Assembly: GCA_010356995.1 (NCBI GenBank)
Contig: ML996689.1
Coordinates: 231,873 to 295,872 of the forward strand
Direction: 5' to 3'
Origin: Trichodelitschia bisporula
Lineage: Eukaryota
DNA: 64,000 nt
Part shown: positions 33,603 through 46,813 of the stretch, in pieces
Numbering within the stretch: the stretch's first letter is position 1
Layout of the letters: each line of letters opens with the position of its first letter
Notes under the pieces: model-generated
Told to the model about the DNA's origin: nothing
What the model saw: only the letters and a program-made list of their open reading frames with translations
Databases searched by the model: none
Translations under genes and position numbers: made by a program

Positions 33603-34757
33603 CTATTCGGAGCCCGCACCGGAACTCGATCCGTAACCAGGGCCGTTGTTAAGAAGGTCCTGCACTGCGACCTTGGGTACTGGTAGCTTTCTTTGCGCGC
33701 CATCCGAGCGGTGCATGATGTCACTCAGTCGGCTGCCGCTGCTACTGGGTACATATGACGACTTGCTCTCCGTCTGCGGCTCCATGGGTGCGAGCGCGGG
33801 CGTCTGGTGCAGAGAGAGGTGACGGATCGTCGGGAGCTGGACGTCGGTAAAGCCATGCGGGCGCAAGCGGGGCGAGTGAGCCGGGGTGGCGAGCGGCGTA
33901 TGGTCAGGCGTGGGCGAGTACGAATCGTGCGAAAATGTCGGCGAGGGTGGTGCGGTCGAGAATGGCGAGCTTGGCCGCGACTTCTTTGTCATGCGATGGG
34001 AGTACTGGTCATCGGTGTCGTGCGAGTGAGACCGCGACATCGGTTGCGCCGAAAGGGAGTATTGGGCGAGGCTCGACCCGCGAGCGCTGTGTCCAAACAT
34101 CGAATGGGAGAAGTGGTGCCGGTTAAAGGGGGGCAGAGGTGCAAGAGACGGCTGCTCGCGCTCGATATGCGACGCAGCTGTAGCAAGTAGGCCAAAGTTG
34201 TCTATAGGTGGTCGAGGGAGGTTGATCCCGTTGGGACTTGCGGATCCGCTGCTGCCACTACTCCGCGAAAACGGCGTCAGGCTGCCGGAGGGCGAGGCCG
34301 TGTATGGGATGTAGGAGTGAGGCGGCGAGACGTTTGGTGACGTAAGATTCGAATTCGGGGCGGAGATGGAAATCGGTTTCGGTGGAGGGGCCATCATGTA
34401 TTGCCTGTTGACATCGAGCGGACCCGGTCTTTGGCCATCATGCTGGGCCTGCATGTGTGTCTGCGACTGCTGCATTTGGCCTTTTCCTCGTCTTGAGTTC
34501 GGGTTGTTGTGGATGCGCGAGTGGCGGGTAAGCTCGTCGGAGCGGCTGAAGCGCTTCGTGCAGCCTGGAAACTGGCACGCATGAGGCTTCTCACCAGTGT
34601 GAGTGCGGACGTGGCGGGTTTGATGTTCCAAGCGGTGAAAAGCTTTTGAGCAGATGGTGCACTTGTATGGCCGGGGGAGGTCCGGGCGGTGTTCGTCCTG
34701 TTGCTGAGCATTTTGTAACGCAGGCGTTATAAGGCTGACGCCCGGATTTGTCGACAT
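33603..34757 (-). CDS. creA: Carbon catabolite repressor CreA/Mig1, C2H2 zinc-finger transcription factor
   Basis: [109 protein letters not shown]. Confidence 0.96.
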   Translation of the reverse strand: MSTNPGVSLITPALQNAQQQDEHRPDLPRPYKCTICSKAFHRLEHQTRHVRTHTGEKPHACQFPGCTKRFSRSDELTRHSRIHNNPNSRRGKGQMQQSQTHMQAQHDGQRPGPLDVNRQYMMAPPPKPISISAPNSNLTSPNVSPPHSYIPYTASPSGSLTPFSRSSGSSGSASPNGINLPRPPIDNFGLLATAASHIEREQPSLAPLPPFNRHHFSHSMFGHSARGSSLAQYSLSAQPMSRSHSHDTDDQYSHRMTKKSRPSSPFSTAPPSPTFSHDSYSPTPDHTPLATPAHSPRLRPHGFTDVQLPTIRHLSLHQTPALAPMEPQTESKSSYVPSSSGSRLSDIMHRSDGAQRKLPVPKVAVQDLLNNGPGYGSSSGAGSE

Positions 34758-37700
34758 GACGAAGTTGAACGGAAAATGTTGTGCTGTGGGCGGGCTGTCT
34801 GTATAAGTGATGGCAGTCCAAGCGTACTAAGGCCCAGACTCAGATGCGATGATGTCGACAAAGTTGGGGAAAAAGTGTGGAGGTGCGGGGAAGAAGAATG
34901 CGCAGAGATCGTGAAGATAGGCGGCAGAGGTGCAAACGTGCAAAAGAGGTGAGAGCGAGACGTCGGAGATGATATGCGGAAGGTTGCGGAGGATGGAGTA
35001 TCAACCTTTCTCCTTTTACCGTTTGAGGGGTAGATGTGGGGGAAATGGTGGGGGACTGGGGTTTGGTCGATGGTAAGTAGTGGTTGTGGTGTGGGTAGGA
35101 AGACCAAATAGTGCGAAAAGAGGTGACAAGTTTAGGAAGGGGTGGCCGGAGATCAAATACGCCGGTGGTCCTCTCCATCGAAATGTACAGCAGTGGCTTC
35201 AAGGCTCTGAGCGCAAAGATGTGTGTGCCAGGCCAGCCCGGTCCAGGCAGGCAGGCGCAGCCCTTTCAACGCCCTGGTGCGGGTGGGTCAAGGGAGGGAT
35301 AGGAAAGAGTGTCCGGAGAAGGTAGGGGCGGGGGGGGAAGGAGGAGTGGGGGGTGACATGGGACGTGGTGGGGGGAGGCAGCTACTAGGGGCAAGCATGG
35401 GGGGAAGAGGGAGGGATGAGCGGGGACGGGGGTGGAGGGAAAGGAAAGGCACACGCTAGGAGGCGCATATTAGCAAAGTGATGGGGCGCATAAGCAAATG
35501 GGCGATGGCGTACAAGGAATATAGCTTGGGGAGTGACGCTGGAAGAACGAAAGAACGTGGGGAATTGACTCTGCGCGCGTCTGGACAAGGGTCCGTCATT
35601 ATTGTGTGATTTGTGTCGACATCGATGAGGTCCGAGGGCAACGCTCGGTGTGTGGGCGATGTGCAGTAGGTGTTAAGATCTTTCTTTCACCCACGCACTC
35701 AACGCCCCCACAACTCATTTAACGAGCGTATACTCATCTAGCATCTGATGGTACCAGGCGAGAGGCAGGAAAGACCAGTGGGGATACTCACGAAGTACCC
35801 CACAAGCCCGTAACCCGCTCCATATTCTCCGCCCTCGGCAGGGTGCATTGTGGGAGTACGGTGGCGGAGTGGGGTGTGGCATATTGTTTGGGGCTGGTAG
35901 AGGAATGGGCAGATGGATGAGAGGAAAAGTTGCTTGAGCCTGGATTCCGTAGTCATGTGGCAAAGCAGACGGAGAGATGGGTTGAGATTCGTCGGGCGTA
36001 CGGGCATGAGCTTTGAAGGAAGTCAGTGGGGGAGGGAGGAAGAAACCGATCCATGTGATATCAAGCGGGATGTGGAGTTCGAGGGCGCTAACTCTGGCAT
36101 GTTGTACCGTTGCGTAACCTCGGGGCTAGATTATAAGGCCGTCTAATGCGGCCAAAGCTTAGCGATGAGCAAGAGTGAACGGTAGGCATTGAAAAGGTTG
36201 AAGAACGACGAAGACAAGGAGATCAAAAAGTCTTCGGTAGTATATGCAAACAATACTTCCATACTACCATCGTACCTTCCACTAACCTGGCCGCAACCTA
36301 CCCTTAGGCTGGGTGTCGACCTACCTCATATGCAAATACGTCCCTTCTAACACACCAATGTTGCTTGCTATTCATACATACCTTAATGATGCTTGTGTTA
36401 ATTCCCGATGCTCCTACCCACATCAACGTCTTCTTGAGTCTATCATGTTCACGTTGATATTTGGAGTCGTGCCAAAACGGATGTGATAAGGCAAGAAGAG
36501 TGATATTTCCAGATTGGACAGCTGGGAAGTGCGTCAACTATCTGACTTTGTACGGGTACCTATCTGATACGCATTGCAAAGGTTGGCTAGGTGTCAGTTC
36601 AACCGTATATATTCTCTTACGCGTCCTCCTACGTACGCATCTTCGTATGTTCAATGTCGCTCGTTAACCTAAGCACCGAAACTACCAAAGTAAAGTCCCG
36701 CATGGTGGGGTAACTTGCAGACGCGCGGGAATAAAAATCAAGAGCCTCCAATGTGGTCTGCAAAAAGGCTAGCGAAGCCTTACAGCCGGAGCCCCAATTC
36801 ATAGGTCCCGCTATGGATACTCTCCGCTGCGCCGGTCGGCGATTTCGAATCTGCCAATTTTTCTGAGCACGTCCGTAGTGCCGTGCGCGAGCACGTTTTC
36901 CTTTGCTAGTCCTTTTCCTTAAGTTGCCGAGTACACTGCCGTCGGGCCGCGGTGCGTTAGCTCGCTTCGGGGCGTGCACGTCGAGACATATGTGGGTCCG
37001 TTTTGATGACGCAGTGGTTGGGGAGAGAAAAATATAAGAAGAGTGGTGGCCTGCGGCTGCCGACGCCCTGCGTTAGGCACGACGTGTCGTCCGGAGGTAC
37101 GCAGACACGGCCAGCGCTCTATCCTGTGGCGGGGGCGTCCCTTCTCCACGGCCCTGATGGTTGCGGGTGCACGCGCGTATGTGGGGAAATGGCGACGTCG
37201 ATGATGTCGAGCGGCGTGAGAGGCTCGTGTGGCGATCGTGGATGCGAAGGGTTCAGGGTGTATAGGGGAGCGGGGACGAGATGCACGTTGCCGACGTGCA
37301 CAGTCTATGAAACGAACGGAAGAGCGATGAAGTCTGTTTTGAGAGTGAGCGACAGCAAGCACCCTCCATTTCATTCACCTCGCATTCCTTGGGTGCTTCG
37401 AAGCTACATCGTACGATGGGACCAATTCTACAGTAGACGTCATCTTCCGTGTCAACAGATCTTCGGGATCTCATCCTTGGCTCGGCCCCAGATTCGAGCG
37501 AAACTTTGCCGACAAGGAAGACGGCTGATGGAACACCCGACTGTTCAGGAACATATTCCGGCCACTGCATCCACGGAGGATACCCCGCTACTTTCTTCCC
37601 CTCAATCCGGGCGTCAAAAAGCGGTGTCAGCCCCAACCGCCGCCTCACGCGCAGCGCTGCACCTGCGGCCGCCCCGAGGAGCGCGCTCCACCCCGCCCCG

Positions 37701-40700
37701 CCCCGCTGCACAATAATGCCTACTGTACATACGTCGGAGAACGGGGAGAGCAATAACAGCCTGCCAGCACAGCATCACTTCGCCATCTCTTCACACAGCG
37801 TACACCGTAGCACACCTTGCGCATCCGCGCCAGCGTCCATCCCACAAACCCACCCCATACTTTACACCTGCTTCTAGGAACCCACGCAGGTACGGCGTGC
37901 AACCATCTCCGCCCGCCCCCGCTGCAGCCGCGACACCCCCACGACTCTCTCGCAACGGGGCTAACCCCGCTAGACGACCCAGCATCGCGGGTACGGGCCT
38001 GCGGCGCGCGAATATGGGGTAGCAACTGAGGGCGCGGGGTGCACGAGTCGTGGTGCAGTGGTGGGCGGGCGGAGCGTGACGGGGTCAACTGGCTTGATCA
38101 CGCCTTGCGGGATGGTGACCCGGGATAGGATAGGTGGTAAAAGGGCGGGAGGTAACAACGCGCGTAAGGTCGTACGGCGAGGCGCGGTCGGTTTTGTTTA
38201 TCACGGCATGTTAAATGGTCGTGCGGGGTACAGGGAAGTAGCTCCGCTTTTGTTTTTGAGAGGATGATATTGATGTGCTGCTGTTGAGATTTGGCCCCCG
38301 CTTCTACGGTAGCGGCAGCTGCTCCCGGCTCGATCGCCCGATGGTCGGTTAACGATGAATCGGAGGTACGGCATGTCGGCGTATGCTGGCCGAAACTATA
38401 ATGCGGTCGTTCGCAGCGGAAATATGCTTCCTTTCCCGAAGCGTACGTGTCGTGATTGAAAGACGCGGAGTTGAGGCACAACTCTCCGTGTCGTGGCGCC
38501 TAGACCGCATGAGGAGATCAACGCACGCGGGCGATCTCCCCCACATCCCGCGGAGCCCCCTTTCAGGTATCCCAGGCACACACGGCACGCCTATCCCAGC
38601 CTCAGCCTCTCTTATCCAGGCCACTATCAGGTCACAGACAAAATATCAGTCGCGCCCTCGGTTCCACCCACGCGCGCGACTCTCGACACACAAGCTTGAA
38701 GCATACTACCATCACTCATTCGTCCTGCAACACCAAACATCACACTCAGAAACGCCACCAGGGGCACCCCCGCGTCAGCCCCCCTCAAAAATCGCCCCCG
38801 CATGGCACTCTCATTCACACAAAGAATCCGTGTGTACCGACGGAGGCTGCTTTCTGCTTTTGCGCCCGGGAAGCCGGGACTGCTGATAGACGTGCACAAG
38901 GGAATCGAATCGTGAAAGGGGGAAAGTGTGGCACAAGGTTTGATCTCTTCGTCCTGTTGCAGAGGTTAGCTTGGGTGTCCCGCACCTGCACTGCAGAGTT
39001 CTGGCCTTACCGAGGGTACGTAACCTTGCGGCCCTAGTGTGGGGGACATCTCGACTCGTCCAGCTCGGGTAGACCACACGGGATCTCATGAAGTCGACCC
39101 TAACGCACCTGCGGCCCGGTTCTCGCGACGACAAACCACCCCGCATCTTGCCTCATGATCCCCACATTCGTCCTATCTCTACCCGAGCACCGAGCCACGG
39201 CGATCGGCGCGTGGGAGTTGTCTTTCTTTGGCGGCTAGCCCTGGGGGGAGGTCACTTGATTGCCCTTGATTATCGCCCTGTGAACGCACCCCGCGTTCCA
39301 CATCAGGGAACAGGACGCGGGGCACGGAGTCGACGGGCTACACCCGCCGCGTTTCGCGCACACAGGTTCACGATCAACAAACGCTGCGCGCAAGAGATCC
39401 TGTCTCGCGCGTGCGGCTCTGCTTCCCATAGGCCATGTACTGTACCAGGTCTCCGCACATGACAGATAGGCAGCCCAACCTTTCCTACCGTACCCCACCA
39501 TCCCACTCACCCGATCATTTCTCATCTCATACCGGTATCGCCATTCCATCGCACCCTGGTCAGACTCGCCAGATGCGGGCGGTGGGCTGGATAACCGCCA
39601 ACCGGCCACCCCGCCAAGCGCCAAGTCTCACGCGCGGGGCCCCAGACGACCCAAACGGCCGGGACTGGCGCAGCCTCGCGGGGGCGCGGGCTGGCTGGCG
39701 GGAAAATAAATAAGGGCGCGGGTTGCGCGGGAGGAGCGCGCACTATCTAAAACCGCCAGCTGCAGGGGAAACTGAGGTTGGGAGGTTCGAACATGCTTTT
39801 CCAACAACAACCCGCGGAATGCGAGCGAGAATGAGCGTGTTTGAGTGCTGGACGAGAGGGATGACGCATCTGGAAGTTGCGGAGATGCGCGCCAACCGGA
39901 GCTCTTTACCCTGGCCCCTGGAGGCCCCGATGTGCGGCAGTTGTGTGGGGGTCAGGCGCGGCATTCGCGGGGCCCCCGTGTTTTCTCTAGCCTGGCTTGC
40001 GAGTGCGTGCGGGTTGTTTGGAATTGGTGGTGCCTGTTGTCGGCGGCGCGAGGCCAATAGCGCGCGACAACGCAACACGAGGGCTACGGGGAAAAAGCAA
40101 GGCGGCTATACCGCTGCTGGGATCAAGCCCGACAGCGAGATGGTGTGCAGGTTGTTCGGCGATGGGGGTGAGTCTGGGGGATGGGCGTTTGGGGACCAAG
40201 GAGGATGGGTGGGGAGGTGCGACGGACTGGGGCGGTGCACGCGGGGGGACGAGGCGACAGCGAGTTGCGGGGGGCAAGGAGCATCATCCATCGGTCACTC
40301 AATCTCCAGACGCTGTGCTCTGCGCGGGGGGCGGACTGGACACTGGTGGTTATTCTGGGAAGCGTGTGGGCGAGTGTGCGACGCGAGCAATGGGGTTGGC
40401 CAGATTGCCGTGACGCAGGAGGATGGGAGGGTTACGTAGGCTGGTGTTCCTGTTGGCTAGGAGGTTAGGAAGGGGGAAAAAGAGCCAGCGCGCCTCCCGT
40501 TTGTCGTGTGTTTGTACCTTTCGTGTGCTCGTCGGCTTTTGCGAGACTCGGGGCTTTTTTTTCTTTGGTCGGGTTCGGTTCGGAATCTAGGACTCCCAAG
40601 AGATCGCGGCAGGGCGACAGGCGATAGCGGCGGGGATATCCTTCGTTCCCAAGGTAAGGTACGGAGTACATAGCACACATCCCCGGACCAGAACATACGC

Positions 40701-43700
40701 CAATGCGTTTCGCGCTTCGGACTGCTGCGACGCAAATCCCAAACCTCATCTCGCCCTGTCACCAAATCCATCACGCAATCCCCCCGAATCTCGCTTCCGT
40801 CGCTGCATCTCGATTCGTGGGATCCCAGTCTTCCTCCGAACGTTTCTCTTTCACCCATGATGAGCCGTTTAGTGACCTGAGATGGCGGCCTCGTCCAGAC
40901 CGACGGGTCCTTCTCGTTCCTGTTTTCAGGCTCTTGTGCGATAAGGAAGCGAAGGGGTGGAAAAAGCATCCAATCGTCGTCTCACCTTACCTTTTCTCCC
41001 GATGCTGAAAGGAAAACAGCGGGATCCCCCCCAGATTTGCCGGTCAGCCCCCCGTATCCCGACCTCTTCAATCCCACGGGAGCTGTCACCGACCCTAAGA
41101 GGCCGCCCCGCATTGCTTCTTGCGTGCCGTCCCTCCCATCCCGCGGCCTCACGGCCACGGCCGACGAGATAGAAAGCAGCCATCCCATCTCGTAACCTCA
41201 GTTCCTCAACTGCCATTAGCGACACCCCGTAAACCTGCGCACAAGACCCGCAACTAGCACAAGTCAATAGTCGCCGTGGACCCGTCGCACCCCGCCCGCC
41301 CACCCGCCCGCCGCACCGCATCGCATCGGCCACCGAAACCAAGCCGCATTCCTTCCAGAACAACGCTTGGCCCCACCCTGTCTTCCGCTCAACCCACGCC
41401 AACGCCACTTCGGGCAAGGCCAGGCCGCACGCGCCTCCCCCAGTCGCTCCAACCCGTGCCGCACGGCCACCACGGACGGCCTCCCGCGCCACATGTGCCA
41501 CAGTGGCTGGTGATCAGGGCGCGCGGCGCACCGTCGGGCGAGAAAATGCCGGCACGACGCTCCGAAGGCTCTGCGACTGCGGGGCGCGGGATCCACTCCT
41601 GGACCCGGGAGACACGCCCGTCACTTGCGGGGAATACGGTGCGGCTAGCGTCACTTCATACCGGATGCGGTGTGCGAGCTGGGATTGAGTGATGATGGAA
41701 GATTCCGATCCTCGGTTTTGGGCTCCGAAGCCGTGGGACGAGGGATGAGACAGGTGGTTAACCGGAATGGGCACGTTGCGTAGGAGACTGTGACGATCTG
41801 GTTGTTTTGGCTACCGTCAGCTCTCCCCTCGTCGAACACATGTAAGGGGTAGGAGGGGATGACGGCTGTGGCTCCATGAAATGACGCCTTGTGGAGCCCT
41901 GGGTCGGGGAAGCCGGCCTTCTCCTGTTCGAGAAGCTGGCATCTCCACACTAGTGCATTCCCGCTCCACATCCCGCTCTTTGACGCGTGCCCCCGGGCCT
42001 GCGCAAGTGGTGAAAGTTTGGTAAACCACGCAGAAATTTTTGAGACGGATCGTAGGAGCCACTCCCTTGTTGAAGTTGGTTTCCGGGGGCTGCCTTCCCC
42101 ACAAGTACGAAGCAGTGATACAGTGGTACGCTTGGAAGAATCCCCGACTTGTTGGGGCCGCTTGTGTGGGCAAGAGATTGTCGTGGACGTGGGTGAGCTT
42201 CATTGACCGCTTTTTCTATAAGCCGGGACATCACCGCAGGTACTCCGGCGCCAGGATCGCGCCTAAGATGCCAACTTCTCAGACGCCTGGAGCCGCGACC
42301 GTTCCCGGGGCTGCCATATCGGCTTCCCGGTTCCTTAGCGGGCAAGTCGGGACGTCTCCAAATTACTACCGGTTGTAAGTGCCGGCTTGGCCCTGGATCG
42401 AGCCGACAACGAATTAGCCTTTCACACGTGAATCCCCTTCTCCGCAGTCGAAACTCTGGGCGACCTGTGGGGTTTGGAACGGGAATCCGGAGTCTGGAGA
42501 TTGGTGCAACTATCACCTACAAGAAAAACCCACATCCGGAGCAACCACCGATGTAAGGGACCAATCTCAGAAGCCTACGTGTTGCAAGGGCATCCGATGC
42601 CTGCCGATGATGTTCGCCGGCGGAGGACGTCCTAGCACTCGTCTCCGTTTAGGAATCCTTATTCGGGACGATCCAAGCGCCAGGATTGGACCAGGGCAAT
42701 ATTTCACTCACCGTGGCTCCTTGGCCATCGTGGAACTGCCGTTTGATCCTGCTAGTCCACCGCACTGTGACGTGCGTGTGCCTGGGAAGTGCTAGCTTGA
42801 GGCCGAGAAAAATTGATCAAGTCTGCAGTCCTGGAAACGTGCCCTAATGAGAAGTTTAATCGCACGATCAACCCGGCTTTAGGTTATGATCGCTTCGGAT
42901 CGACCGTTGACGCGATATCGGCTTGAACGGCTCAGAAGCGCCCAACTAAGACCTATCAGCGGTGCTGAACAAGTTGACTGAGGTATCTCCGTAGGAACAC
43001 ACTAAACTAAAAGCATTTTAATGCTCCCGCCTCAGCAACAGAGCTAAAGTCTTATCGATCCTCGCCTGGAGTCCGGGCCAAGCAATTGCGGAGAAAGCTC
43101 TCGGCCACGGCTGTCAGCTCATCCCGGAAACGCTTCCCGCCCGCGCCAGTCGACCTTGAACGTGGTGCCGAGTAGTACGAGTGCGACCCGTAATACTGTA
43201 CGGTAGGTTGATTTGCAGGCTGATTTGCAGGCCAGGCCATCACGGTATATTTTCTCAACAAGTCGGAACCTCGGAGGTTGAGGTTGGAAGAAGGTTATGC
43301 GGAGAAGCGTCTCCTCGGCTTAACTGGTACGGCAGTGATAGGCAGAACCGTTTGAACCAGGATGCGTCATCATGCACCCCATCGCGATTCCCCCCGCATG
43401 TGCCTGACATGAGGGCATCCTAGTGCCAGATAACACAATAAGACCCTAGTTGGCAAAGAGCAAGGAAGAGCTGAAGTTATGACAATGTGGTATACTAGCC
43501 GCCTCGGGAGGTTGCAGCCGGGAACAACGGCAACGGCGAACCTAGCTAGTTGCCGTAGTCGCTTAATGCCATGCTCAATCAAGCGCGATATCCGATTAAC
43601 CTCTCATCGTCTTATCTGATCTTCCCAATTGCTGAGCGCGCGGTTTACCGGATTGATATGCCGATTTCGGAGTCGTGCATGCACTTCGTCATCGGTCCCA

Positions 43701-44000
43701 ACCCTGATGTCCCGTCGATGGATTGAAGCCGAGGGATGTCATGCTGAGGTAGTGGCCCTCTAGATACCGCAATGCTACACTCTTATAGGTCCATGCGGCA
43801 AGGCTCGATAGACGTCAGTCGGTCAAACTGAAAAATGTTGCTAATACGCTTTAAATTTGGATTCAAGAATCAACTAGACAAAGGCTCCGTAACCCTTTGG
43901 GACCCGATCCTATTTACACAGAAGCATTGTACTTACCCAGGACATAGCAGTGGGTATCAGCCGAGAACGCCATGCATGCTTTGTCCAAGCCAAGTTGCAA

Positions 44001-44955
44001 CTACCATTCAAACTCGCATCCGGGATGCTGTTCCCAAAAAGCATCACATGCCTTTTTCAGCGCGATGTTGGGCCTCAAGTCGTGGATAAACAGTGCCTCC
44101 CGCGTTAATGGGTCCGACGGGTTGCGCTTGATGTGCTCGATGATGGTCGCGCGTTCGTACGAATGTCCGTGCTTCGTAACGACCGGGTCATGCATGATTT
44201 CAAAGGAGATGTCGTCGACAAGGTACTCGGGGATTTCCTATAGCGATCAGCATCTGCCGAGTGGCTATCTTCCAAACATACCCGCTTCGTCATATTCTGG
44301 GGGTCCGCTATCGCAAACACGTTGCGGAGCTCAGTGACCTTATCCTCGTACGTCTGACGAACTTCGTCCATCTCCTCGCGCGCCGCTACATCACCTAATA
44401 CGCCCTGCTCATGTTGATCCTTGATGGACTCCAGTTCGCGGTTGCGGTCTTGCTCCAACTTGGTCTCCAGCTCATCTAGTAGCGCATTGCGGCGCCGCAG
44501 CCGGTCACGCTCACGCAATTCCCACTTTGCCCTCTTGCATTTGAGCACAAAGGCAGAGATGGCAAACGCAGAGGAAGTCTGCGTAAAGGACTTGGAGCAC
44601 AGGTCGTACGCAGTTTTGGCGCTGACGAGAGCCTCGTTGGGATGATTGAGTTCAAGCTGGGCCTGGGCTTCTCGATGTCAGAAAGTGCCGATAATGGGAA
44701 TACCGGGATCTTACCAAGGAAGTAGTAGGCCTTCATATTGTCCTGCAGCAGCTCGATGCTGTGCAAACAGTCGTCGATCACCTCCTCCCATAATCCGAGC
44801 TTGAGGCGAGCATTGGCACGGTTTGTGTAGAGTAACGGATTGGTGCTATGCTTCTGTATAGCTTGAGAGTAGAGTGCTACAGCTTCCTCATATTCACCCG
44901 CCTTGAAGTGGGCATTGCCCTTCTCCTTGAGTTGTTCGGCAGCGTAGGCGGACAT
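44001..44955 (-). CDS. TPR + U-box E3 ubiquitin ligase (CHIP/STUB1-like); introns 44668-44714 and 44238-44281
   Basis: TPR AEQLKEKGNAHFKAGEYEEAVALYSQAI; U-box EIPEYLVDDISFEIMHDPVVTKHGHSYERATIIEHI...DPLTR...LRPNIALK. Confidence 0.92.
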
Positions 44956-45533
44956 CACGCGCGGCGGTAGTCAGTCTGGGAAGATCTTCCAAATCCGCGC
45001 AATTCAGGCACTTGCGAAAGCCAGGGTCGTAATAGCTGCGGGGCGAGGCAGACTGCGGCGGTTAGGATGGTGAGGCGGATTTGACGCACCGCATGCGGAA
45101 AGGTGTGCGTCTTCAGTGAATGGATACGTTGAACGACATTTACTGCTGTTATGTGAATGGTGACATCGGGGAAGTTGCGATGACAAAGCGCATATTTCTT
45201 GCTACCGCCGAGTGACGAGAGAACTTTCTGGACGATCTTCAGCTGAGGTTGCCGATGCCCAGGTGGCTTCCCCCGCTTCTTCCCCGGGTCTTGAGCGCGA
45301 TTGGCGGCCCGCACGTGAGCAGCCAGGGCATTGAGCTTCCGCTGCTCTTTGAGACCTCATTTATATGGGAGTATGATATAACTGGACGGCAGTCACCAGG
45401 TTATAAAGTGCAATTTATTTGCATACGAAACGATCCAGACACTGGGTATAATTAGAATGCTGCAACCTCATCTCTGGCTGTACCGAGCAACGAGGCCAAC
45501 TGTATATATCGCTTCACGTAAGGGGACCCGTCC

Positions 45534-46606
45534 CTAAACCGACATTTTCATCGCAATCATCTTGTGGGGATTATATCCTCTGACCACAAAGTCGTCTGCA
45601 CTCCAGCTGTCAATGCTCCCACTCTTCTCTCGCCGAATTTCGAGCTCCGGAAAGTCTTTCGGCTCTCGCTCTAGTTGCACGTTGAGAGCATCAACATGAT
45701 CCAGGTACACGTGCGCATCGCCCATTGTATGGGTAAAGGTGCCCGGAGTAAGGTCGCACACATGAGCTAGCATGTGGGTGAGCAGAGCGTATGAGGCAAT
45801 GTTGAATGGAACACCGAGGCCCATGTCGCAGGACCGCTGGTAGAGCAAGCTATGCAGCACGCCTTTCGGCTTTTCCTCACCGGAGCCCCGAGGGAATGAG
45901 ACGTAGAACTGCGCAAACATGTGGCACGGCGGTAGAGCCATCTTTGTCAGGTCTGCTGGATTCCACGCGCTGAGGATGATCCGCCGGTCGTACGGCTTGT
46001 GCCTGAGCTTGTCGATGACCTCTGCCAGCTGGTCGATACCTTGACCGGTGTAGTCCGTCTTTGCGTCCACGTATTCGGCGCCAAAGTGTCGCCACTGGAA
46101 GCCGTACACAGGTCCCAGATCGCCCTCTTCGCGGTGTGTCAGGCCGGCTTTGTCGAGGAACTCGCGGCTGCCATTGCCGTCCCAGATTTTGATGCCCTGA
46201 TCAGACAGAGCTTTGGATGATGTGGAGCCGGCAATGAACCAGAGGAGCTCGCCGATTACCGCGCGGAGGAAGACGCGCTTTGTTGTGAGGAGTGGAAGAA
46301 TGGCGACAGGCGGCTGGGAGGGGTCGCTTGAGGGGCGCGAGAGGGAGAAACGGAGCTGGGAGGGCGCGAACACGGAATATGTGCCAGTGCCAGTTCTGAT
46401 GTATGTTAGCACGCGAAATTTCATACAGAGAAACGGATATCATGCCTGTCAGGACGATGCTCCCCATGGTCAAGAATATCGCGGATGACGTCGAGGTATT
46501 GATACTCTTCGTGTCTGCTTTGGCGTGCATTTAGCTGCGCCGCCTGCTTGGGCTTCGCGGTAGCTTGCGGAACTTCGGAGCTCGGTTCAACAATTGCAGG
46601 CAGCAT
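45534..46606 (-). CDS. CDC21: Thymidylate synthase; GC-AG intron 46396-46445
   Basis: [26 protein letters not shown], catalytic [30 protein letters not shown]-terminal MKMSV. Confidence 0.97.
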
Positions 46607-46669
46607 TGTGGGCAAATGTGTGTAAGGTAAGAGGGTTTCGCTCGGTGATGGCAGAAAGTGCTCGAGCGA

Positions 46670-46690
46670 ACGCGTGACGCGTCTACGCGA
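46670..46690. promoter_or_regulatory. Tandem MluI cell-cycle boxes (ACGCGT x2 plus ACGCGA) in a divergent promoter
   Basis: ACGCGT at 46670-46675 and 46677-46682 and ACGCGA at 46685-46690, ~65 bp upstream of the thymidylate synthase ATG. Confidence 0.75.
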
Positions 46691-46813
46691 AGTTTGGACG
46701 TGTTCCCTTGGCAGTGCAGGGTTTGGCTATTGATTTCGGTGCGCCGGTGGCACCTATCTCCGGCATGGACCACCGAACTCCACTGGCGGTTGTCAGAGTG
46801 CCTCATTGTGAAG

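Noticed and set aside
36900..42800. Numerous 100-240 aa ORFs upstream of creA
   Set aside because: Arg/Gly/Pro-rich, overlapping on both strands, with no motifs or codon bias; expected by chance in GC-rich DNA.
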